DNA of 64,000 bases from an uncultured Candidatus Saccharibacteria bacterium (GTDB lineage Bacteria > Patescibacteriota > Minisyncoccia > Phycocordibacterales > UBA918), in NCBI GenBank assembly GCA_964399295.1, contig CAYNQD010000001.1:399672-463671 (forward strand), given 5' to 3'. The position numbers and the translations under genes are program-made. The notes under the pieces are model-generated. The model was given only the letters and a program-made list of their open reading frames with translations. It did no database searches and was not told where the DNA came from. Below are positions 57,052 to 64,000 of this stretch, piece by piece. How positions within the stretch are numbered: position 1 is the first letter of the stretch; each line of letters opens with the position of its first letter.

Positions 57052-57705
57052 CTATTCAGCAGATTTAACCCTGTCATCTTCAGCAAAGTGAGCGCGGTCA
57101 TTATAATTGTATAAACGCCAATTATGAGTTTCTTCATCACAAATAAGGGTCGTGATGCCGGTATTACTGACAATTAAATTATTCATTCCCACTCGCCATT
57201 CTTCCGGCGCGAGTTTTCTGCCCATTATCACGTACAGCGTCATCATTATTATCATTCGGCCATGAGTAACCGCCACCGCGTTCCCCTCGAGACCATCAAG
57301 ACTGGCGAAGAATTTTTCCACACGCTTTAAAACATCACTAAAATTTTCCTCATCAGCAAAACGCCAGTCCGGATCGGTAACATTTTCCGCTGTTAATTTT
57401 AAATAGGCCGCGTACTCAGGTGAAGTGTTGGGCTGATTAAAAAATTGGCTGGGACGACGCAACTCTCGCAGCAGCGGTGTGGGCGTGGGGGTCTTGGCCA
57501 TAGCTTTGGCGACAAATTCTGTCGTTTCCACCGCTCGCGCGTAGTCGCTTGTGAACAAATGGGAAAATTCTAGGTGGCGCAAGCGTTCAGCCAGACTTTT
57601 TGCTTGCTCTCTGCCTCTTTCTGATAAAATAGAATGTTCGTCTTGGATCAAACTTTTGGCGTTATTTTCAGTTTCTCCGTGCCTTACAAGATAGATTTTA
57701 TTCAT
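57052..57705 (-). CDS. Histidine phosphatase family protein (second tandem copy)
   Basis: 217 aa; IYLVRHGETENN. Confidence 0.8.
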   Translation of the reverse strand: MNKIYLVRHGETENNAKSLIQDEHSILSERGREQAKSLAERLRHLEFSHLFTSDYARAVETTEFVAKAMAKTPTPTPLLRELRRPSQFFNQPNTSPEYAAYLKLTAENVTDPDWRFADEENFSDVLKRVEKFFASLDGLEGNAVAVTHGRMIIMMTLYVIMGRKLAPEEWRVGMNNLIVSNTGITTLICDEETHNWRLYNYNDRAHFAEDDRVKSAE

Positions 57706-57711
57706 AAATAA

Positions 57712-58755
57712 TTATTGCCGGCCGCAATGCTCGACAATCGCAATCTGAAGCGGCAGTAGCGGCAAGGGTGAGCGGGTGCTTTGCTCGGCGGCGGCGATTA
57801 GTTTTAAAAGCAGATGTGAATTTAGAGGAGAAGCCGGACTTTGAGAAAAAGTTAATAATTCGGCGCAAACGTCGGCATTGTATGCTGCCAGGATTGTTTC
57901 CTGTTCGGTTGATTGGTTGCGTAAAAGCATGACGGCTCGTATGTGTTCAAGTAAAAGTCTTATCAGTAATTTGATGTCAGTATGAGAATCCATAACATTC
58001 GCGACCGCACTCAAACCAAGCTCAACGTTTTTGTCATTAAAAGCTTTTAATAAATTGATGATAGTTGACTGTTTTGGCGCACCAATAATGGCCGCCACTT
58101 CATCAGCCTCACCCACCTCATTCCCCGAAGCCATGATCACCTTTTGCGTTACTCCCAGCGCGTCACGAAAAGACCCATCCGCGGCGACCGCGATCAAGTC
58201 AGCCACGTCAGGGGAAAATTTAAAACCCTCTTTCTTGGCTACTTCTGTCACTGTCTCAGCCAAGACCGCGCGCGACGGTGAACGAAAACGAAAAACCAAA
58301 CAACGAGACAAAATGGTATCAAGCAATTTTTCTTCTTCCGTGGTTGCCAAAATAAAAATCACGTGCGACGGTGGCTCTTCCAGAGTCTTTAGCAAGGCAT
58401 TAAAAGCTTCTTTGGTAAGCATGTGCACCTCGTCCACAATGTAGACTTTGTATTTTGATTCGTATGGTACGGTATGCACGGCTTCTTTAAGCTCACGAAC
58501 ATCATCAATTCCACGATTGCTGGCGGCATCAATTTCATACAAATCAATACTGGACGTGCCAATTTCCTTGGCAAAAATTCTCGCCAGAGTCGTCTTGCCG
58601 GTCCCTCTGGTACCGGAAAACAAAAGTGCGTGCGGAATATCGCCCTTGCTAATCGCTCCCTTTAGCACCTTTACAATATGTTCTTGGTCACGAACTTCGG
58701 CAAAAGTCTGCGGCCGGTATTTTCGGTATAAAGCTCCTTGTTCTGACATAGACAA
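57712..58755 (-). CDS. dnaX: DNA polymerase III subunit gamma/tau (short form)
   Basis: 347 aa; YRKYRPQTFAEV...ALLFSGTRGTGKTT Walker A, YIVDEVHML Walker B/DExx, clamp-loader sensor motifs. Confidence 0.88.
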   Translation of the reverse strand: MSMSEQGALYRKYRPQTFAEVRDQEHIVKVLKGAISKGDIPHALLFSGTRGTGKTTLARIFAKEIGTSSIDLYEIDAASNRGIDDVRELKEAVHTVPYESKYKVYIVDEVHMLTKEAFNALLKTLEEPPSHVIFILATTEEEKLLDTILSRCLVFRFRSPSRAVLAETVTEVAKKEGFKFSPDVADLIAVAADGSFRDALGVTQKVIMASGNEVGEADEVAAIIGAPKQSTIINLLKAFNDKNVELGLSAVANVMDSHTDIKLLIRLLLEHIRAVMLLRNQSTEQETILAAYNADVCAELLTFSQSPASPLNSHLLLKLIAAAEQSTRSPLPLLPLQIAIVEHCGRQ

Positions 58756-58767
58756 CAGTATACCAGA

Positions 58768-59652
58768 TTACTCAAATTTCACCGACTGTCCCACAAACTT
58801 CCGCAGAGCGTCCGTATCAGACCGCAAATCGTCACTACCCAAAATCACATAACCAATCACCCTAGACTCAACTCCAAATTTTTCATCAAATAAAGCCACG
58901 ACAGTCTTGGCTGAGACTTTAGTATAACCGTGCTTGCCTCCCTGGTAATTTTTGTCGAGGATTGGGTTGTTGTTTACCCAGCCGGTATAGGGTCCGACAA
59001 ACTGCGACAATCTGGTAATGTCAAAAACATGCGGCTGAGTTTTGTATAAATAGCTTGTTATCAAGGCCAAATCAGAAACAGTAGAAATATTACCAACCGA
59101 CAAACCCGACGCGTCGGTGAGCTTGGTATTTTTCGCACCCGCAAGTAGAGACAGCTCATTCATTTTTTGCACTACCTCACCTTTTGTTACCCGCTCAAAA
59201 ACAGCAGCCGCGTCATTTGATGATTCAAGAAGTAGTGGAAAAAGCAGCTCTCGATAAGAATATTTCTCACCAAGTTTGAGCTTGCCAGCATCACCTTCGG
59301 CTTCCAAATCAATAGCCTGAACTACGACTTTTTCTTCCAAAGAAGAGCTGTCGAGAAGCGCGGCGGCGGTTAGTAGTTTTGTTATTGACGCTATCGGTAC
59401 GACCAAATCAGCTTGCTTAGACAAAAGTGTTTGTCCGGTAGCAACATCAAAAACCAAAAATGACTTGGCTGATAAAGCCACCGCCGTATCCGCGACACTA
59501 AATCGCGCAGACTCGTAGACCGTCGCTGGTGACTGGCTAGAATCGGCTTTATTTTGAGAAAGAAATAACAAAATAGCGATTATCAGTACCACTTTGCAGA
59601 TTATCAACCAAATAAAAACCGGATGTCTTTTATAGGTTGTTTGTTTGCGCAT
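58768..59652 (-). CDS. D-alanyl-D-alanine carboxypeptidase (S11 peptidase, PBP5/6-like)
   Basis: 294 aa; N-terminal TM; SxxK (ASITK), SxN (ESSND), KxG-like (GKHGYT). Confidence 0.75.
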   Translation of the reverse strand: MRKQTTYKRHPVFIWLIICKVVLIIAILLFLSQNKADSSQSPATVYESARFSVADTAVALSAKSFLVFDVATGQTLLSKQADLVVPIASITKLLTAAALLDSSSLEEKVVVQAIDLEAEGDAGKLKLGEKYSYRELLFPLLLESSNDAAAVFERVTKGEVVQKMNELSLLAGAKNTKLTDASGLSVGNISTVSDLALITSYLYKTQPHVFDITRLSQFVGPYTGWVNNNPILDKNYQGGKHGYTKVSAKTVVALFDEKFGVESRVIGYVILGSDDLRSDTDALRKFVGQSVKFE

Positions 59653-59681
59653 GATTTTTGTTTGCTTGTGCCAGTTTATTT

Positions 59682-60122
59682 TTATTCAGCTACTTTTTTC
59701 ACGACTTTTTTAACTTCTTTCTTCACTACTTTTGCTGAAGTTTTCTTAACCGCTTTTTTCACAGTCTTCTTTACTGACTCTTTTTTTGGCGCCGCCGTCT
59801 TGGCTATTTCCAACCAATGCTGTTTCATTTCTTTCTTGAAGTCAGCCAAATCAGCACGAGTTGCGTCTTTGACATTGCCGTAAGAGGTACTAACGACATC
59901 AATCAATTTTTCATATTCACGCCTTGTCATATCCTGAGTATTCTCCAAAGCTTCGAGCACTTCAGCCTTGGCTTTAAACATCCAGCTCTTTACCGCCTTA
60001 CGATTTTTGGCAGCCTTTTTACTTCCATACATAAAATAAGCTCCCACCGCTGCCGCCACCGCGCTCAGTCCTACCGCTACTCCTAGACCATTGTCATTTC
60101 CTGATTTTTTGTTTGTTGCCAT
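59682..60122 (-). CDS. Membrane-anchored protein with lysine-rich histone-H1-like C-terminal tail
   Basis: 146 aa; TM near N-terminus; C-terminal KKESVKKTVKKAVKKTSAKVVKKEVKKVVKKVAE. Confidence 0.55.
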   Translation of the reverse strand: MATNKKSGNDNGLGVAVGLSAVAAAVGAYFMYGSKKAAKNRKAVKSWMFKAKAEVLEALENTQDMTRREYEKLIDVVSTSYGNVKDATRADLADFKKEMKQHWLEIAKTAAPKKESVKKTVKKAVKKTSAKVVKKEVKKVVKKVAE

Positions 60123-60130
60123 AATTTAAA

Positions 60131-60475
60131 TTATTTATTTTTACTATTAGAAGCTCGGGGCTTGGCCGCTCGAGTTGGGATTTTTCGTTTTGAACGCGTC
60201 GTTTTTTTTGGACGATCATCACTGCTAAATAGACTAAAGAACCGAGAAATAATACTACCGCCCATTACCAACCCTCTAAGATTAGCCATATCGCGCGCCA
60301 AGATTTCACTTCCCGCTTCAATGCGACCCAATATAGACCGCACTAATTTCACTATTTTAATAATATGAAAAAGGATAATCGAAACCAACACGAGAAAAAA
60401 GACCGTGGCTACGCTGGCAATGATAAAGAAAATATTAGCGTGTAAAATTTCATTCATCTTTGTATAGTGTAACAA
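60131..60475 (-). CDS. Small membrane protein, unknown function
   Basis: 114 aa; one long hydrophobic helix, basic C-terminus. Confidence 0.5.
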   Translation of the reverse strand: MLHYTKMNEILHANIFFIIASVATVFFLVLVSIILFHIIKIVKLVRSILGRIEAGSEILARDMANLRGLVMGGSIISRFFSLFSSDDRPKKTTRSKRKIPTRAAKPRASNSKNK

Positions 60476-60536
60476 CTAAACACTATAAAGTAAAAAATAA
60501 CAGTGGAAAAATATCCACACAATGTTGGGGGTAATT

Positions 60537-61568
60537 TTAAGTAGGAGGATTTTGAGCCAAGAATTCCTCTACCACTTCTTTTATTTCCGCAGCGGTATTT
60601 TTCTCCATCAGTTTGGCCCGCAGTTCACTGGCACCGGCAAAATCCTTTACGTAAGCTTTGTAGTGTTTTTTCATAACCGCGAAATTTTTGAAAGGTAGTA
60701 ATTCAGTAAACAAAAATGTGTGTTCTACCATTACTCGCAGACGTTCTTCAAGCGATACAGTGCCAGCATCTTTTTCCGGATGAAACATCCACGGGTTACC
60801 AAAAATAGCGCGCCCGAGCATAACGCCGTCGGCGCCGGAAAGCGAAGCTTTCCGGCGCGCGTCTTCAAGCGAAAGCGCGTCACCATTGCCAATGATTTTG
60901 GTTCTGGTTTTACTTTCGCCTTGTATTTCGTTTCTTATTTCCACTGCCCGTTTGATTCTTTCCCATCTAGCCGGCACTTTACTCATTTCTTTGCGAGTGC
61001 GTCCATGAATAATTAAAGTAGCTGGTTCTTCCGCCAACAGCCACGGTAGCCATTCTTCCAGTTGGTCACGATTGTATCCCAGGCGGGTTTTGACCGATAC
61101 TGGAATTCCGTCTTTCTCGCCGGTTTTGGCACCCTTCTTGGCAGCGCGAATAATCCTGGCCGCCGATTCTGGATTCTTCATCATCGCCGCTCCACAGCCT
61201 TGCTTTTCAATTGAACGATCCGGACAGCCCATATTGATATCAACGCCATCAAAACCCAAATCTCGACACAAAGCGGCGGCATATTCCATGTGACCTTCAT
61301 TGCTACTAAAAAGCTGCGCGACAACGGGTCGCTCGGTCGAGTCGTACACAAGGTCGGCCATCAACTTCTCGCGACCCTCCACCGTAGCCCGCACCAAGCC
61401 ATCCGCCGACACAAATTCCGTCCACATCACGTCCGGCCCACCCACAGTGCCATCAGCTCGTACGTGTGCGCTGTATTTGGCAATCATTCTCCTAAAAGCC
61501 GCGTCGGTAACATCCGCCATCGGCGCCAAAACAAAAAACGGTGTTGGTAATTTTTCCCAGAAATTCAT
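60537..61568 (-). CDS. tRNA-dihydrouridine synthase
   Basis: 343 aa; VLAPMADVTDAAFRRMI Dus N-terminal signature, TIM-barrel FMN-binding pattern (HGRT, catalytic Cys region). Confidence 0.88.
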   Translation of the reverse strand: MNFWEKLPTPFFVLAPMADVTDAAFRRMIAKYSAHVRADGTVGGPDVMWTEFVSADGLVRATVEGREKLMADLVYDSTERPVVAQLFSSNEGHMEYAAALCRDLGFDGVDINMGCPDRSIEKQGCGAAMMKNPESAARIIRAAKKGAKTGEKDGIPVSVKTRLGYNRDQLEEWLPWLLAEEPATLIIHGRTRKEMSKVPARWERIKRAVEIRNEIQGESKTRTKIIGNGDALSLEDARRKASLSGADGVMLGRAIFGNPWMFHPEKDAGTVSLEERLRVMVEHTFLFTELLPFKNFAVMKKHYKAYVKDFAGASELRAKLMEKNTAAEIKEVVEEFLAQNPPT

Positions 61569-61604
61569 AGTGTCTGATGTTGTACCATAGTTTGCTGAGA
61601 GATT

Positions 61605-62477
61605 CTATTCAGAAACTTCATCCTCCACCTCCACAATCTCCGCCACAGCTTCTTCCTCCATTTCCAACTCCTCATTCACATAAACCTTAGCACCAAAACG
61701 CAAATCAACATATTGAAAATTTCCGGGTTTCAAATGAGCAAATTCCTTTGAGCGAATCAGGGTTTGAAAATATGAAAAAGTTGCTGTTGGATCGCTTTGC
61801 AAGAAAGCTCGAATTTCGCCGCCACCTGCCATCAAGTAAAACACATCCCGCACCGCGTCCACCTCCACTTTATTTACAAACCAACCCTCCCCAGCCAACA
61901 ATCGCGTAAACTCCTTGGTACTGGCAAAGTCTTTTTCCTCAATCAAACCAACTTGTGGCTGTGGATCTTCGCCCAATCTATAATAACGAATTAAACTTTC
62001 ACCAAAAAGTCCCGGGGCTTTCCCAAAAGCAAAGCCTGCGTCGTCTACAAAATAACAAACCTCGTTGGTTTTTCCGCACCACAAGGCATCAGGAAAATAT
62101 TCAGAAAAAGTCACCGCTAATTCTGTCCCAGACAACCGCTCCACTTCTACCTCCTTTACACGCGGAATCTCCCGCACCACACGCAAAATCTCAGCTTCAG
62201 GATAAAACCAAGCAAACTTCCTTGGCACCAAATGAAAATAATTCCCCATCAAGACTTCATTTACTTTCTCTTTTACCAAGCTGCCGCGGACAGTTTCGCC
62301 GTCGGCAACTTTTACGTCAGAAATTGTTAAGTTTGCCACTCTGGTTCCATACCAAATACCCGTAATGATGAGCGCCAAAACAGAAAATAAAAATATCCCA
62401 AACAAAGCCTGCTTGATAAGCAAGATTTTTTCAGGCTTCAAATAGAACTTTTTTTTGCCAGCCGACCTTGATTTCAT
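61605..62477 (-). CDS. FtsQ/DivIB-like cell-division protein (POTRA domain)
   Basis: 290 aa; cytoplasmic basic N-terminus, single TM, POTRA-like region LTISDVKVADGETV... Confidence 0.6.
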   Translation of the reverse strand: MKSRSAGKKKFYLKPEKILLIKQALFGIFLFSVLALIITGIWYGTRVANLTISDVKVADGETVRGSLVKEKVNEVLMGNYFHLVPRKFAWFYPEAEILRVVREIPRVKEVEVERLSGTELAVTFSEYFPDALWCGKTNEVCYFVDDAGFAFGKAPGLFGESLIRYYRLGEDPQPQVGLIEEKDFASTKEFTRLLAGEGWFVNKVEVDAVRDVFYLMAGGGEIRAFLQSDPTATFSYFQTLIRSKEFAHLKPGNFQYVDLRFGAKVYVNEELEMEEEAVAEIVEVEDEVSE

Positions 62478-62533
62478 ACGCTCTATGTTAGCATATTAAA
62501 GATTAGGAGTTAAAAATCCCATTCCAACCTACC

Positions 62534-62600
62534 AACCCCAACCACTGTTTGCGGAGGGCGGTTATTGGGGCGGAGGGCGAAGCAAACAGTGGTTGGGGTT
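62534..62600 (-). terminator. Long (19-22 bp) perfect stem-loop downstream of serS with internal GGAGGGCGG direct repeat in loop; terminator/REP-like
   Basis: AACCCCAACCACTGTTTGC...(31-nt loop with GGAGGGCGG x2)...GCAAACAGTGGTTGGGGTT followed by GGGGTTTTCT. Confidence 0.6.
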
Positions 62601-62628
62601 GGGGTTTTCTGAGGTTTAACTTTTCCCT

Positions 62629-63894
62629 TTACCCAATAAAATCTCTACCCATGAAAGGCCGCAAAACTTCCGGAATAACAACAGTGCCATCAGCTCGTTG
62701 GAAGTTCTCAATCAACGACACCAAAATACGCGGTGTTGGTACAGCAGTACAATTTAATGAATGAGCGTAACGCATCTTCCCCTCATCATCACGATAGCGA
62801 ATATTAAAACGCCGAGTTTGAAAATCGTGAAAATACGAAGCGGAACTGATTTCACGGTAGGTTTGTTCGCCTGGTACCCACAGCTCGATGTCGTATTTCT
62901 TCACCTGCCCTTGCCCCAAGTCACCGCCGCAATTTACAACCGTACGGTAAGGAATCCCAAGAGATTCGATAAATTCCTCGGTGTTGCGATTGATCCATTC
63001 ATGCAAACTCACGCTTTCCGCGTGCGAAGCTTCACACAAAATCACCTGCTCAAGCTTGTTGAATTCATGCACGCGAATCAAGCCTTTGGTATCCTTACCG
63101 TGACTGCCCGCCTCCCGCCGAAAACAAGGAGAGAAAGCCAAAAATTTAACCGGAAATTGCGCTCGCTCCAAAACCTCATCCGCATAAAAACCCATGGTTG
63201 ACACCTCACTGGTACCAATCAAATAATCATCATCTTGAGTTTTGTACACGTCTTCCGCTTCATTTGGCAAATGGCCGGTGCCATAGAGATTACTCTTGCG
63301 CACGATAGTAGGGCCTAAAAGTGGTTCAAAACCTTTAGCCAAAAAGAATTGACTGGCATAATTCCAAATCGCCCAAGACAATTTTGCTCCTTCGCCACGC
63401 AAATAATAACCCCGAAAACCATGCACCTTCACTCCCCGCTCAAAATCCGCCAGCTTGTGCGCGGTCATAATCTCTACGTGGTCTTTGGCTGGAAAATCAA
63501 ATTTGGTCTTTTCACCCCAGACTTTTATTTCCAGATTTTCTTTATCACTTTCGCCATCAGGTACCGACATGTCGGGGATGTTTGGTATTTGCAACATCAG
63601 CGCTTGCCATTCTGACAGTATCGGCTTTAAATTTTCTTCATCCTGCTGAATTTCCGTCTTTAAATCCTGCATCTCCAAAATCAATTGATTGCGCCGAATC
63701 TCATCTCTTCCGGCTTGCACGATATCCAAAGAAAAGCGGTTTTGCTCAGCTTTTCTAGCCTCTAGCAAAGTCATGATTTCCCGCCGCTTATCATCAACCA
63801 CCAACAAACGATCAACATCAACACTAATCTTTTTCTTCTTTGCCGCCAACTTTACCAACTCAGCGTTCTCGCGAATGAATTTTATATCTAACAT
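62629..63894 (-). CDS. serS: Seryl-tRNA synthetase
   Basis: 421 aa; N-terminal coiled-coil arm MLDIKFIRENAELV..., class II motifs (FRREAGSHGKDTKGLIRVHEFNKLE, GGDLGQG...). Confidence 0.92.
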   Translation of the reverse strand: MLDIKFIRENAELVKLAAKKKKISVDVDRLLVVDDKRREIMTLLEARKAEQNRFSLDIVQAGRDEIRRNQLILEMQDLKTEIQQDEENLKPILSEWQALMLQIPNIPDMSVPDGESDKENLEIKVWGEKTKFDFPAKDHVEIMTAHKLADFERGVKVHGFRGYYLRGEGAKLSWAIWNYASQFFLAKGFEPLLGPTIVRKSNLYGTGHLPNEAEDVYKTQDDDYLIGTSEVSTMGFYADEVLERAQFPVKFLAFSPCFRREAGSHGKDTKGLIRVHEFNKLEQVILCEASHAESVSLHEWINRNTEEFIESLGIPYRTVVNCGGDLGQGQVKKYDIELWVPGEQTYREISSASYFHDFQTRRFNIRYRDDEGKMRYAHSLNCTAVPTPRILVSLIENFQRADGTVVIPEVLRPFMGRDFIG

Positions 63895-64000
63895 AAATGC
63901 AAATTATTGTCTGCCGATTATACCTCATATTGGCAGATCTGTTTAATTTCATGTTTTATATAATAAGTAACTTATTTTCATAAAGCAAATATTAAAATGT

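Noticed and set aside
1-64000. CRISPR arrays and rRNA genes
   Set aside because: No short regularly spaced direct repeats with unique spacers and no rRNA-like conserved segments were seen. The only repeat family is the irregular tRNA-derived one described above.

Overview
Strand asymmetry is strong: almost all genes are on the minus strand. TGA is used as a stop codon (PBP gene ends at 21171-21173), so the standard genetic code applies. The organism looks like a reduced, possibly CPR/Patescibacteria-like bacterium (short 347-aa DnaX, several giant PG-binding surface proteins), but this placement is tentative.

**1-16 kb (mostly minus strand):** GH5-like and GH1 glycosidases, a PolB-like 3'-5' exonuclease, an ATP-grasp enzyme, DsbA, a P-type cation ATPase, MgtE, a GGDEF cyclase and a ClC channel.

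**16.0-18.5 kb:** an intact 2.4-kb IS1595-family element with perfect 25-bp terminal inverted repeats and 8-bp target-site duplications (ATAGTTTT). Besides the transposase it carries a Dam-type (D12) adenine MTase and a small PD-(D/E)xK nuclease, i.e. a putative R-M cargo.

**19-31 kb:** a class A PBP converging tail-to-tail on a 2162-aa bacterial alpha-2-macroglobulin (thioester GCSEQ). A 1094-aa surface protein with two C-terminal peptidoglycan-binding domains sits 5 bp upstream of the A2M gene.

**32.85-56.3 kb (accessory tract):** this stretch ends at a tRNA-Gln(CUG) gene at 56242..56312 (minus strand). It is punctuated by at least nine copies of a tRNA-3'-end-derived repeat, some paired with a conserved GGAGACACGGTCTGTCTCACATG hairpin. 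The copies sit in the intergenic gaps between cargo blocks; two of them (A, B) abut the stop codons of two paralogous giant LamG/BNR/PG-binding surface protein genes (912 and 1256 aa). Inside the tract:
- a ~9-kb integrative-element-like block with a large serine recombinase and an excisionase-like HTH;
- four DNA MTases within that block: a ParB-MTase fusion, a second beta-class MTase, and two tandem D12-class MTases next to a 469-aa HNH endonuclease;
- also within that block, a terminase-small-like HTH and two divergent paralogous proteins of unknown function;
- a cassette-like run of small genes (HXXEE membrane protein, NUDIX, alpha/beta hydrolase);
- an SRPBCC gene with an in-frame TGA at a conserved Trp position.

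**56.4-64 kb:** core genes, namely two histidine phosphatases, dnaX, a DacA-like carboxypeptidase, a Dus, an FtsQ-like protein and serS.

No rRNA and no CRISPR array were seen.
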